Shown here: positions 1 to 11,353 of the stretch, in pieces
Position numbering within the stretch: the first letter of the stretch is position 1
Layout: every line of letters begins with the position of its first letter
Source of the DNA: Candidatus Multivorans sp.
Lineage (GTDB): Bacteria > Acidobacteriota > Thermoanaerobaculia > Multivoradales > Multivoraceae
Assembly (NCBI GenBank): GCA_965224025.1
Contig: OZ245033.1
Location: 3,776,001 to 3,840,000 of the forward strand
DNA: 64,000 bases
Direction of reading: 5' to 3'
The notes under the pieces: model-generated
Told to the model about the DNA's origin: nothing
The model's database searches: none
The model's input: only the letters and a program-made list of their open reading frames with translations
Program-made: the position numbers and the translations under genes

Positions 1-1214
1 ACTTCGCCGACCGCTCGGAACTCTCCACCGACCAGTGCCGGAACGTGATCGACGACATCCGCGAGTTCGCGCCCGAGGCCCTGGTCATCCTTACCGGCGG
101 CGAGCCGCTGCTGCGGCGCGACATCCTTGACATCGTCCGCTACGCCGCCGAGCGCGAGCTGTGGGTCGTGGTGGGCAGCAACGGCGTCCGGATCACCGAG
201 AACCTGGCCCGCATCCTGGCGGGCGAAGGAGTCCGCGGTCTCGCTCTGTCGCTGGACGCACTGGACGCGTCGGTCCACGACGGCTTCCGCCGCGTGCGCG
301 GCGCCTGGCAGAACACGGTCGACGGCGCCAAACACCTGGCCGCGGCCGGTCTTCCCTTCATCATTCAGACCACCGCCGGGGCGCACAACCGCGGGGAACT
401 GGAGGAAATCGCCGCGTTCGCCTACACCGAACTCCAGGCCCGGGTCTGGAACCTCTACTTCCTGGTGCCCACCGGCCGCGGCCAGTTCGTCTCCGATCTC
501 TCGCCGTCGGACTACGACGACGTCCTCGCCTCCCTGGAACAGATTCAACGCGACTACCGCGGCCGCATGGTGGTCAACGCGAAGTGCGCGCCCCACTACG
601 TTCGTCAACTGCTGTCCGGCGATCCCGACTCGCCCTTCCTCAAGGCCTTCGACGGCGGCGCCGGCGGCTGCCCGGCCGGAACGCACTACATGGGGATCCG
701 CCCGAACGGCGATGTCACTCCGTGCCCCTACCTGCCCGTCTTCGGCGGCAACCTGAAGCGTTCGACGCTGTCCGCGGTCTGGAACGACTCCTACCTGTTC
801 CAGGACATCCGGCGCCGCAAGGACCTCGGCGGGCGCTGCGGTTCCTGCGAGCTGCAGTCGGTCTGCGGCGGCTGCCGCGCCCGCGCCTACGGCATGACCG
901 GCGACCTGATGGCGGAGGATCCGCTATGCACCCACGACCCCGGGGCCTTCTCGCCGCAGCAACTCGCGGCGCTCGGGGACCGAACCGGGCTGGCGTCCCT
1001 TTCCCGCTACGGCGAGGACACGTCGACCACCATCGCCTGGGAACCCGAGGCGGAAGCGCGGATGAAGCGGGTGCCGGCCTTCGTCCGCGGCATGGTCGTC
1101 CGCTCGGTGGAATCCCACTGCCGCAAGAACGGCATTCCGACCGTGACCGTCGAGGAACTCGACGCGATCCGCGCCCGGATGCCGACGCCCAAGGTCTTCG
1201 GCCGACCCTCCTGA
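1..1214 (+). CDS. Radical SAM/SPASM protein (AhbC/AhbD/NirJ-like), 5'-partial, with C-terminal PCP_red-like domain
   Basis: LTGGEPLLR, SPASM cysteines (GCPAG...PCPY...CGSC...CGGCRARAY...DPLC), C-terminal WEPEAEARMKRVPAFVRGMV; frame is open to the left edge. Confidence 0.85.
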   Translation, partial: FADRSELSTDQCRNVIDDIREFAPEALVILTGGEPLLRRDILDIVRYAAERELWVVVGSNGVRITENLARILAGEGVRGLALSLDALDASVHDGFRRVRGAWQNTVDGAKHLAAAGLPFIIQTTAGAHNRGELEEIAAFAYTELQARVWNLYFLVPTGRGQFVSDLSPSDYDDVLASLEQIQRDYRGRMVVNAKCAPHYVRQLLSGDPDSPFLKAFDGGAGGCPAGTHYMGIRPNGDVTPCPYLPVFGGNLKRSTLSAVWNDSYLFQDIRRRKDLGGRCGSCELQSVCGGCRARAYGMTGDLMAEDPLCTHDPGAFSPQQLAALGDRTGLASLSRYGEDTSTTIAWEPEAEARMKRVPAFVRGMVVRSVESHCRKNGIPTVTVEELDAIRARMPTPKVFGRPS

Positions 1215-1227
1215 CTCCGCTAGTCCC

Positions 1228-1896
1228 GTGGCCAGCACCGCGCGCCGACCGCTGCCCCGCTCCTACGCCCACGTTCCGCGAACCATCCTGTGGTTGATCC
1301 CGCGTGGCGAGATCGAGATCGAGGGGCGCGCGGAGCCGGTCGAGCCCTTCTACCTCGGCAAGTGGCCGGTCACGAACGAACAGTTCGAGGCATTCGACCC
1401 GGACTACCAGCGGTCAACGCTCTCCCCCGGCGACCGGGATCTCGCCGTCGGGGTCAGCTTCGAGCAGGCGCACGCCTACTGCCGCTGGTACGCCGAGGTG
1501 TCGCGCAAACCAATGCGACTGCCGACCGAAGTCGAGTGGCGCTATGCCTGCCGCGGCACTTCCGCGGCCGACGAAGTTCCGTCATGGTGCGCTACGCCGG
1601 CGTCGGTCGACCGATGTTGCTGGCACGCCGACAACTCGGACGGGCTTGTTCAGCCTCCCGAGCACCTGGCCGCGAACGATTTCGGCCTCCACGGCATGCT
1701 GGGCAGTGTCTGGGAGTGGGCCGCACCGCACGACCCGGGTCGAGACCGCGACAAACAGCGCCGGACTCTCTGCGGCGGTTCCTTCCGTACCGAAGCCAAC
1801 GAACTCCACTGCGACCTGATCAGGTGCGGCGCCCCCGATTTTGCTGCCGACGACACCGGCTTCCGCGTCGCCCGCTCGTTCCGCGTCCGCGGCTAG
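1228..1896 (+). CDS. Formylglycine-generating enzyme (SUMF1/FGE-sulfatase) fold protein
   Basis: PVTNEQF, RLPTEVEWRYACRG, NDFGLHGMLGSVWEW, GFRVAR motifs. Confidence 0.85.
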   Translation: MASTARRPLPRSYAHVPRTILWLIPRGEIEIEGRAEPVEPFYLGKWPVTNEQFEAFDPDYQRSTLSPGDRDLAVGVSFEQAHAYCRWYAEVSRKPMRLPTEVEWRYACRGTSAADEVPSWCATPASVDRCCWHADNSDGLVQPPEHLAANDFGLHGMLGSVWEWAAPHDPGRDRDKQRRTLCGGSFRTEANELHCDLIRCGAPDFAADDTGFRVARSFRVRG

Positions 1897-1899
1897 CTG

Positions 1900-2517
1900 C
1901 TAGACGCCGTGATCGTAATGCCGGTGGTCGCTGCGCCCCTGGTGGAAGACCACGTGCAGTAGTGAACCGGCGACGAAGGCCTGGTACAGCTCCACGCCCA
2001 TGCCATCCTCTGCGAGCGAAACGCCTCCTCCGCCAAGCGCTCCCGCCAGGGTCGCCACCACGACGACGCCGATGCCGATGGACGCGGCCATCATTCCGTG
2101 CCGAGGACGGATCAACCACCAGATCACGAATCCGATCGGAAACCGGTGCAGGACGACGGCATGGACGAAGAACGCGTCCGAGTCCGTCCCTGGCGCCAGG
2201 GCCGCACCCTCGAGGAACGCATGCAGCACGAGGCCCGAGAGGGCAACCAGGATCGCGAGATTGTCCGCCTGCGCGGAAAGCACCCTCGACATTCGCTCGA
2301 GGACGAAGTAGAGGCCGGCGCCCACACCCGCCGCCACCACATTCAGCAGTTCTTCGGCGTTCAAGGTTTGTGGAAACACCTGCAGGGCGACCAGAATCGG
2401 TACCGCCAAGTACACAAGACCGTCTACAAGCCGGGTGGCCGCCGGCCGGTCGTGCAGCGCCCCGTAGAACAACGCCCCTAGAACCGGCGCCGCGAGCGCT
2501 GCCCCCAGCGGAACCAC
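1900..2517 (-). CDS. Membrane protein, ZIP-like metal permease domain
   Basis: Hydrophobic helices with LHAFLEG and VLHRFP motifs, His-rich tail. Confidence 0.6.
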   Translation of the reverse strand: MVPLGAALAAPVLGALFYGALHDRPAATRLVDGLVYLAVPILVALQVFPQTLNAEELLNVVAAGVGAGLYFVLERMSRVLSAQADNLAILVALSGLVLHAFLEGAALAPGTDSDAFFVHAVVLHRFPIGFVIWWLIRPRHGMMAASIGIGVVVVATLAGALGGGGVSLAEDGMGVELYQAFVAGSLLHVVFHQGRSDHRHYDHGV

Positions 2518-2521
2518 AACC

Positions 2522-3489
2522 TCAACGGGTGCCGCGGACGACCGGCGTCGGCGGGGCGTCGCCGCGGTGAAGGGCCAGGATGTTTGATGCGGCGAGTTCG
2601 GCCATCGCCAGACGGGTCGGGATCGAGGCGCTCGCTATGTGCGGCAGCAGGACCGCGTTGTCGAGCTCGAGCAGGTCCGGGTGGACCTCCGGTTCGCGTT
2701 CGAAGACGTCGAGGCCAGCCGCCCAGATGGCGCCTGAGCGGAGCGCCGCGGCCAACGCGGCTTCGTCGACGATCGGACCGCGGGCGGTGTTGACGAGCAC
2801 CGCGGTCGGTTTCATCCGCGCGAGCCGTTCGGCGTTGATCAGACCGGCCGTTCCCTCGCTGAGCGGCAGGTGGATGGAGACGAAGTCCGCGGCGCCGAGG
2901 AGTGCGTCGAGATCCGTCCTGCGAACGCCGAGTTCCCGCTCCAGGCAGGGGCGGCCCCGCTCGTCCCAGTAGAGGATCTCCATGCCGAACCCGAGCCGGG
3001 CACGGCGGGCGACCGCCTCGCCGATGCGGCCCATGCCGAGGATGCCGAGCGTGCGGCCGTGGACCTCCTGACCGCACAAGAGTATCGGTCCCCAGCGCTT
3101 GTACCGCCCGGCACGCAGAAAACGCTCGGCTTCCGGCAGACGCCGTGCGGCCGCCAGCAACAGCGCCATCGCCAGGTCCGCGGTGGCGCCGTCGAGCACT
3201 CCCGGCGTGTTCGTGACCCAGATTCCGCGCGCGGCCGCGGCGTCGATGTCGACGTTGTCGAAGCCGACCGCCATGTTCGCCACCATGCGCAGATTCGGCG
3301 AGCGATCGAAGAGTTCCGCGTCCATGCCTTCCGTGAGCAGGGCCAGGATCACATCCGCGCGCGAGGCCGCCTCGAGGAGCACCGCCCGGTCCATGGCAAC
3401 GTCCTCTTCGAGCACCGTCGTTTCCACCCCCGGCTCGGCGCGCAACCGCGCCACCGCCTGCTCCGGAATCGGTCGGGTCACGAGCAGCT

Positions 3490-3493
<4 letters not shown>
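2522..3493 (-). CDS. D-glycerate dehydrogenase / glyoxylate reductase (2-hydroxyacid dehydrogenase)
   Basis: GMGRIG, VNTARGPIVDE, GLDVFEREP, LPHIAS; ATG overlaps the upstream stop. Confidence 0.92.
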
Positions 3494-4704
<1,211 letters not shown>

Positions 4705-4708
4705 GCGC

Positions 4709-6364
4709 TCACCCGGCGTCCCCCTCACCCGAGGCGGCGATCATCGCGGCCACCTGCTCCGGCTGCACCCGCGTGATCAGGGGCTTGAAGGGCAGGATCT
4801 CGTGGTCCACCAAGGGCGTGTGGACATCGTCCCAGACCAGGGGGTCGATGCCCAGAAAGGTCTCCGCCCGGGCCGCGATCGTCGGCACGACAGGCTTGAG
4901 ATAGACGATCAACTGACGGAACAACTCGATGCCCGTGGTGCATACCGCCTGGACCTCGGCTGCGCGCTCCGGATCGCGCGCCAGTTCCCAGGGCCGCCGG
5001 TCGTCGATGTAGCGGTTCGCCCGGTCCGCCATGGCGATGACACGCCGCAGGGCCCGGTTGTAGTCGCGGCCCTCGTAGAGTTCCGCGATCTCCTCCGCCT
5101 GGGAAGCGGCCGCCGCCGCGAGTTCGGGGGCGTCCAGCGACGCCGCCATCCGACCGTCGAACTGCCTGTGCAAGAACCCGGCGCAGCGGCTGGCGATGTT
5201 GACCACCTTGCCGACCAGATCCGAGTTGACGCGCAGAACGAAGTCCTCGAGGTTGATGTCGATGTCGGCCAAGCCGTTGCTGAACTTCGCCGCGATGTAG
5301 TAGCGGAAGGCCTCTGGATCGAGATGCTCCAGGTACGTGCGCGCCATCACGAAGGTGCCCCGCGACTTGGACATCTTGGCGCCGTCGACGGTCAGGAAGC
5401 CGTGAACGAAGACAGAGGAGGGCGTCCGGTAGCCGCCGCCGTGAAGCATGGCCGGCCAGAACAGGCAGTGGAAGTAGAGGATGTCCTTGCCGATGAAGTG
5501 GTACAGCTCGGCGTCGCTGTCCGCACCCCAGAAGTCGTCGAAGACGATGTCCTCGCGGTCGCAGAACTGGCGGAAGCTCGCCATGTAGCCGATCGGCGCG
5601 TCGACCCAGACGTAGAAGTACTTGTTCGGCGCGTCCGGGATCTCGAAGCCGAAGTACGGCGCGTCGCGCGAGATGTCCCAGTCACGCAATCCGTCGTCGA
5701 ACCACTCGCGGAGCTTGTTGACCACCTCGCTCTGCAGGCGGCCGTCCCCGACCCACTCCAGGAGCAGTTCCCGGTAGTCGGAGAGCCGCAGGAAGAGGTG
5801 CTCGGACTCCCGCTCGACCGGCAGCGCGCCGGTGACGATCGAGCGCGGGTCGATCAGGTCCGCCGGCGTGTAGGTCGAGCCGCACTCGTCGCAACTGTCG
5901 CCGTTCTGGTCCTTCGCCCCGCACCGCGGGCAGGCGCCCTTGATGAAGCGATCCGGCAGGAACATCTCCCGTTCCGGGTCGTAGAACTGCCGCACCGTCC
6001 GGCGGTCGATGGAACCCCGGTCGCGCAGGCGGCCGTAGATTCCCTCCACCAACTCCCGGTTCTCCGGAGAGTGGGTGGTGTAGAAACTGTCGAAGTGGAC
6101 TTGGAAGGCCCCGTAGTCCTCCAGGTGCTCGTCCGCCAGCCGGACGATCAGCTCCTCCGGCGTGATTCCTTCCCTCTCGGCGCGCAGCATGATCGGTGTG
6201 CCGTGCGCGTCCTCGGCGCAGACGTAGTAGCACTCGTGACCACGCATCCGTTGCACCCGGCACCAGATGTCCGTCTGGACCGCCTCCACCAGATGGCCCA
6301 TGTGGATCGGGCCGTTGGCGTAGGGCAGGCCGCTGGTGACCAGGATGCGTCGTCGTTTCTGCAT
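4709..6364 (-). CDS. metG: Methionine--tRNA ligase (short form lacking the C-terminal tRNA-binding domain)
   Basis: [12 protein letters not shown], zinc knuckle CPRC...CDEC, KMSKS; GGAGG RBS before ATG 6364. Confidence 0.97.
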   Translation of the reverse strand: MQKRRRILVTSGLPYANGPIHMGHLVEAVQTDIWCRVQRMRGHECYYVCAEDAHGTPIMLRAEREGITPEELIVRLADEHLEDYGAFQVHFDSFYTTHSPENRELVEGIYGRLRDRGSIDRRTVRQFYDPEREMFLPDRFIKGACPRCGAKDQNGDSCDECGSTYTPADLIDPRSIVTGALPVERESEHLFLRLSDYRELLLEWVGDGRLQSEVVNKLREWFDDGLRDWDISRDAPYFGFEIPDAPNKYFYVWVDAPIGYMASFRQFCDREDIVFDDFWGADSDAELYHFIGKDILYFHCLFWPAMLHGGGYRTPSSVFVHGFLTVDGAKMSKSRGTFVMARTYLEHLDPEAFRYYIAAKFSNGLADIDINLEDFVLRVNSDLVGKVVNIASRCAGFLHRQFDGRMAASLDAPELAAAAASQAEEIAELYEGRDYNRALRRVIAMADRANRYIDDRRPWELARDPERAAEVQAVCTTGIELFRQLIVYLKPVVPTIAARAETFLGIDPLVWDDVHTPLVDHEILPFKPLITRVQPEQVAAMIAASGEGDAG

Positions 6365-6472
6365 GGCGATTCCTCCGAGGCGCCCGGCGCCCGGCGGACC
6401 GGGATTATGCAGCATCCGCGTGGTTGCCACCCGCGTGGCGCGATCCGTCCGCCCGTCATCGGGCGCGTAGAT

Positions 6473-6498
6473 GCAACCCCGGCGTGCCGGCATACGTC
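6473..6498 (+). promoter_or_regulatory. Candidate ECF-sigma autoregulatory promoter GCAACC-N16-CGTC
   Basis: AAC...CGT consensus with 16-nt spacer directly upstream of the ECF sigma gene. Confidence 0.6.
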
Positions 6499-6515
6499 TT
6501 CCTGATCAGACGCCG

Positions 6516-7133
6516 ATGACGACTTCGCCACAGCCTCCGGGCCCGAATCCCGACCTGTTCCTGGCGCGGCGCGCCGCCGCCGGTCATGCCGACGCCTGGA
6601 CCGAGCTGATCGAACGCTACGGCCGTCGCATCTACAACATCGCCTTCCAGTTCGCCGGGCATACCGCCGAGGCCGAGGATCTGACCCAGGAGATCTTCCT
6701 GAAGCTCTACCGCAACCTGGGCCGATACCGGGGCGACGTGCCGCTCGCCGGCTGGACGCTTCGGCTATCCCGGAACCTGTGCGTGGACCACTATCGCCGG
6801 ACGCGCACCGAGCGCCGGACCGTGGTCGTCTCGGAGGAGTTGTTGAAGCGCCACGCCGGCGGCATGGACACGGCGGCCCGCGCCGAACGCCGCGAACGGC
6901 TGCGCATGGTCTACCAGGCGCTCGAGGAGATGTCGGGGGCGTTCGCCGAGATCCTCATGCTGCGGGATCTCCAGGGGTTGAGCTACGCCGACATCTGCGC
7001 CTTCCTCGACCTGCCGGAGGGAACGATGAAGTCCCGCCTGAGGCGCGCGCGCCTGGAACTCATGCGGCGGATCGACCGCAGGCGGCAGGCCCTTGGCGAT
7101 TCCACGCCGACACGCAGCGGGGCCTACAAGTGA
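6516..7133 (+). CDS. ECF-family RNA polymerase sigma factor
   Basis: AEDLTQEIFLK, region 4 LSYADIC...LPEGTMKSRLRRAR. Confidence 0.93.
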   Translation: MTTSPQPPGPNPDLFLARRAAAGHADAWTELIERYGRRIYNIAFQFAGHTAEAEDLTQEIFLKLYRNLGRYRGDVPLAGWTLRLSRNLCVDHYRRTRTERRTVVVSEELLKRHAGGMDTAARAERRERLRMVYQALEEMSGAFAEILMLRDLQGLSYADICAFLDLPEGTMKSRLRRARLELMRRIDRRRQALGDSTPTRSGAYK

Positions 7134-7828
7134 ACCGCCAGCGCCAGCACACGGATACCCGTCCGGGAACGACGAACCCGGAACGGATGCCAGGCATCGG
7201 CGAACTCGGCGCCGACCTCCCGATCTCCGACGAACTCCGCGCGGGGCTGCTCGAGATCGCTGTCGGCCCGTCCTACGACCGCGACGGCGAGGCGCGCGCC
7301 CCGGAGCTGGAATCGCTGGTCTGGTCCGAACTCGAACCGTCACCCTCCCTGATGCAGCGGCTGCGCGAGATCCCCGCGCGCAGCCCGGCTCGCCGGACCG
7401 CGGTCCTGGCCGCCCGGCCCGGAACCGGCATGGTGCTTGCGGCCAGCTACCTGCTCGCGGTCGCCCTGACCCTCGTCCTCGGCGACCCGGTCGCCGCCGG
7501 CCGCAAGGCCGCGACGAACCTGGGCGCAACGGCTGGTGAGCATCTCATCAAACCGGCGACGGAAGCCGGCGCATCGGTGCAGGCGGGGGTAGGCCGGCGC
7601 CTTGGCGCCCTCCAGGGACTCTGGCGCTCGGCCGGGTTCTTCGCCGAACCGCTGGATCTGCCCACCGACCGCGTCAGGGCCTGGTTCCAGGGCACCGTCG
7701 ACTCGTCGTCCGAGGCCTTCCGTGAGCTGGCCGGCCTGTGGCCGCTCAGCGACTCCGGCAGCAACGACAAACCACCGCCAACGACTCGAAACCGCTCGCA
7801 GACCCACCAGGAGAGGAGTTCCGCATGA
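7130..7828 (+). CDS. Putative single-pass anti-sigma factor
   Basis: GTGA overlap with sigma gene; one TM helix (MVLAASYLLAVALTLVLG). Confidence 0.55.
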   Translation: MNRQRQHTDTRPGTTNPERMPGIGELGADLPISDELRAGLLEIAVGPSYDRDGEARAPELESLVWSELEPSPSLMQRLREIPARSPARRTAVLAARPGTGMVLAASYLLAVALTLVLGDPVAAGRKAATNLGATAGEHLIKPATEAGASVQAGVGRRLGALQGLWRSAGFFAEPLDLPTDRVRAWFQGTVDSSSEAFRELAGLWPLSDSGSNDKPPPTTRNRSQTHQERSSA

Positions 7829-8445
7829 ACGCCGAACGCGAACAGGACCCGTCGCAGACCGAGGACACGGAGACTGCCGCCCACGAGCCGGCGCCGGCCG
7901 CTCCGCCGCCTCCACCGCCGCAGGCCGCCTCCCAGCAGGCGCCGCCACCAGCACCGCCGACGCCCGCCCAGGGAGGCCTCACTGCCCGCCACGTCGTCAG
8001 CGTGATCCTCGCCCTCTTCCCCGGGCTCGGCCACATCTACAACGGCCTCTACCAGCGCGGCATCGTGCTCTTCCTGCTTGCGGTCGGCTCCATCTACCTC
8101 GCCACCGAGGAGGGCGTGATGGGCATGGTCGTGGCCTTCGTATGGCTCTTCAACATCATCGACGCCTACCGGCAGGCCAATCTGATCGAACTCGGCCACG
8201 GCACCGATCTGGGTCTGCGGGACACCCCGAAGCCGCCCGCCAACGGCCAGCTCGGTCTGCTGGCCGGCGCCGGTCTGTTCGTCATCGGCTTCCTGGCGCT
8301 GCTCGACCACACGTTCGGATACGACATCGACCGCGTGTGGGAGTTCTGGCCCCTCGGCCTGCTGGCGGCCGGTGCCTGGCTGATGATCGGCGCCTACCGG
8401 CAGTGGCGGCGGAACCGGACCAACGCGGAGTCTGGGGCCGACTGA
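7825..8445 (+). CDS. Membrane protein with LiaI/LiaF-like (DUF5668-type) C-terminal helices
   Basis: FPGLGHIYNGLYQRG, FWPLGLL; ATGA overlap, GGAG RBS. Confidence 0.7.
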   Translation: MNAEREQDPSQTEDTETAAHEPAPAAPPPPPPQAASQQAPPPAPPTPAQGGLTARHVVSVILALFPGLGHIYNGLYQRGIVLFLLAVGSIYLATEEGVMGMVVAFVWLFNIIDAYRQANLIELGHGTDLGLRDTPKPPANGQLGLLAGAGLFVIGFLALLDHTFGYDIDRVWEFWPLGLLAAGAWLMIGAYRQWRRNRTNAESGAD

Positions 8446-8482
8446 AGCAAGCGCCGGATCCGCGGACTCGGCGGAGCCGTCA

Positions 8483-11242
8483 TCAGTTGCTGCACGCAAA
8501 CGCCTTGATAGCGCTCTTCGCCTCGGCAGTCCGGTTCAGGCGGTTCGCGTGCGTCCAGACCTCGCCATCCGGGGACTCGACCGTCAGGTTGAACGCCAGG
8601 CTTGTCATGGGCGCCACAAACACCCACCGGTGCTCGTTGAAGGCGCAGCCGTCAAGCACCTTGATCAACACCTCCGCGTTGTTCCGGTCGAAGAAATACA
8701 GGATGGCGGATTGCTCCGAGTCCAGCTCGTAGTCCTTCGCACCCACCACGACCGCCTCACCGTCCTTGAGGTACTCAACGCACATGCTCACGGTGTAGCC
8801 GCCGCTCAGGCGCAGGACCGGCTCCGGTTCGCAGGCCGTCGCTTCCCCGGCGGCGATCGGCTGGGCAACGGTCGCCGGCTGGAGCAAAAGCGCGGCCAGC
8901 GCCGACGAAGACACCGCCGAGAAGCCCGTGTTGACCAGGTCCACGTCGCGGACGCCATCGCCGCCGGCGGCCACGGCGACCGATGAAGTATCCGCGCCGC
9001 AGGGGAAAGCCTCCAGGTCGCTGTTCGTCGTCGCGGTGCCTCCGCCCCTGGGGTTGCGATGTGTCCAGCGCTTGCCGGTCGCCGTCTCGTCGACGTGCAG
9101 GTTGAAAGCCAGGGTCGTCACAGGCGCCACGAACACCCACCGGTGGCCATTCTCGGCGCAGGCGTCGAGCACCTTGATCAGGACCTCGGAATTGTCCCGA
9201 TCGAAGAAGTACAGAAGACCCGACTCGCGGGAGTCGAGACCATAGTCCAGAGCGTCCTTCTCCACGATCGGGCCCTCGCCGTTCTCCTGGTATTCGAAGC
9301 ACATGCTGACGGTGTACCCGTGGTCGAAGAAGATTTGCGGGGCCGAGGGCACGCAGTCCGAGTACTCCACGGCCGGCAGGACAATCGTCGCCGTGTTGCT
9401 GGGAGAGCAGCCACGAGCGTTGCAGGCGCGCACCCGGAACGTGTAATGGCCGCCCGGCACAAGTCCTGCCACGTCCGCGCTCTCGGTGTCGGCGGCGACC
9501 CTCCTCGACGTCCGCCAGCCGCCACCTCGAGGGCGGAACTGGACGTCGAAGCCGTCCTCGTCGTCCGAGTTGTCGACCCACTGCAGACGCACGCTCGTGT
9601 TGTCCACTGCCGCGGCCGTGAGTCCACTCGGAGCCGCCGGCTTCTTGGGCGCCGGCAGTTGGACAGTGACCCGCTCGCCGAACGAGATGTTGTTGGTCTC
9701 GTTGTTGTTGAATGCCCCGACGGAAAATTCGTAGCTGCGACCGGCGAGGAGTCGGGTCACGTGCTCTTCCTCGCTATCGGCGGGCAGCACCGAGAACCGC
9801 TCCCATTCGCCGTTGACGATCCGGCGCCAGACCTCGAAACCGGCCTCATTGTGCGCGTCGTCGACCCAGGTCAGATGCACGCTGCGACTGCTCGTCGCCC
9901 GCCCCTTGATGTCGACCGGCGGCCAGGGCGGCGGCGGTCCCAGTTCGGCCGGCACGTAGTCGCTGAGCCGGACCACGTCGTGAACCGTCTGCTGTACGGC
10001 CCGTTCGTTCTCCCGCTCGCCGGCCACGCCGATCGTCCAGCCGGCCGGCATATGCCGCACCGAAGAGAAGAACGGTTGCCATTCCGTATTCGTACCCACC
10101 CCATAGCTCATCAGCGTGGCGATGAAGGGAAACCGTGTCGAATCGGTGTGGCCGTAGGCGAACCGCGTCACCGCGGCCGCCGGATCGATGTTCGAATTCT
10201 CCGGATCGTGGTTGGCGCCGAGGTTGTGGCCAACCTCGTGGGCGAAGGTGTGGAGTGACCACTGGTAACCGCAATCCGTGGCGTTCGAGGTCCAGCCATA
10301 CCCATACTGCGCGAAGCTCTCCGCGGTGTCGCCTTTCAAGAGAACGTAGGCGCGTCCACAACCTCCGGCGGCTTCAAACGGCTCGGCGTGGAAGAGATGG
10401 ACCAGATCCGCCCGGTGCTGATGCCGCGCCCTCGCGGCCCGCCCGTTCCATTGCAGCTTCAGCAGCGTCGTTGCCGGAGTGCCCAGTTCGACAGGCGCCA
10501 CCTCCGAATGGACCAGGTTCGCCGTGATCGGGATCTCGCCATTCCGCAGCACCCTGTTCAGGTAATCGAAGGCGGCCTGAATCGCCGGCGCCGAGCCGCC
10601 GACGCTGCCCCAGTTCGCCAGCGCCCCGTTGGTGTAGAAGACGGCGATGTCCAAGCGGTCGTGACTCGATGCGCTTCCCACCCGCCCCGGACGGTTCGTC
10701 GACCTCCGTGGCCACGCCGGCCTCTCCAGATCCGAGGACGCCCCGCGGGCTGGCGGAACGACGGTGCCGGGGCAGTAGCCCGGGGGTGGTCCACCAGCGG
10801 GGGCCAGCCGCCCGCGACCGTCAGGCCGAGCCTGGAGATGGAACCTGGAGCCGCCCGGTTCCCCGAGCCACGCGATCAGGTAGCCGTCGTGCAGGGTGAG
10901 TTGAACGCCCTCGTAGTCCACGCCCGCTACGCGGCCGGTCCACATCACGTTCCCGTCGCCGCGATCTTCGAACATCGCGCGCTCCGCCACCACCGCCCGC
11001 CCGTCGGGCCGAGTCAGTACCAGCCGCTCGGGGCCGGAACGAATCAGGTCCAGGTCAACTTCTGCCGGCACCGCTCCGGCGCCCATCTGCGCGACGTAGG
11101 GCGCGAATTCGTCGGACACCGTCCGCGGCAGGGAGAGCAGGTCCTGTCCTTGCAGTGCCGCGGCGCCCCAGAGCGCCAAGACAGCCAGAGCAACTGCCCG
11201 GGGCAGCGATCCTACGCTGCCCGATGGGATCCTTCTCACCAA
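8483..11242 (-). CDS. Secreted M12/reprolysin-like zinc metalloprotease with FN3 repeats and duplicated C-terminal domain
   Basis: Signal peptide, HEVGHNLGANH, Met-turn TLMSY, two FN3 domains. Confidence 0.88.
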   Translation of the reverse strand: MVRRIPSGSVGSLPRAVALAVLALWGAAALQGQDLLSLPRTVSDEFAPYVAQMGAGAVPAEVDLDLIRSGPERLVLTRPDGRAVVAERAMFEDRGDGNVMWTGRVAGVDYEGVQLTLHDGYLIAWLGEPGGSRFHLQARPDGRGRLAPAGGPPPGYCPGTVVPPARGASSDLERPAWPRRSTNRPGRVGSASSHDRLDIAVFYTNGALANWGSVGGSAPAIQAAFDYLNRVLRNGEIPITANLVHSEVAPVELGTPATTLLKLQWNGRAARARHQHRADLVHLFHAEPFEAAGGCGRAYVLLKGDTAESFAQYGYGWTSNATDCGYQWSLHTFAHEVGHNLGANHDPENSNIDPAAAVTRFAYGHTDSTRFPFIATLMSYGVGTNTEWQPFFSSVRHMPAGWTIGVAGERENERAVQQTVHDVVRLSDYVPAELGPPPPWPPVDIKGRATSSRSVHLTWVDDAHNEAGFEVWRRIVNGEWERFSVLPADSEEEHVTRLLAGRSYEFSVGAFNNNETNNISFGERVTVQLPAPKKPAAPSGLTAAAVDNTSVRLQWVDNSDDEDGFDVQFRPRGGGWRTSRRVAADTESADVAGLVPGGHYTFRVRACNARGCSPSNTATIVLPAVEYSDCVPSAPQIFFDHGYTVSMCFEYQENGEGPIVEKDALDYGLDSRESGLLYFFDRDNSEVLIKVLDACAENGHRWVFVAPVTTLAFNLHVDETATGKRWTHRNPRGGGTATTNSDLEAFPCGADTSSVAVAAGGDGVRDVDLVNTGFSAVSSSALAALLLQPATVAQPIAAGEATACEPEPVLRLSGGYTVSMCVEYLKDGEAVVVGAKDYELDSEQSAILYFFDRNNAEVLIKVLDGCAFNEHRWVFVAPMTSLAFNLTVESPDGEVWTHANRLNRTAEAKSAIKAFACSN

Positions 11243-11353
11243 CGGTCTTCCCGGTCCTGCCCGCGTCCGCTTGGAGTCACTCTCACCAGAACCTCCGAAC
11301 TATAGTCGCAGAATCCTACAGCCTCCGCCTGCTCCGGAAGCGGCGACTACGGC

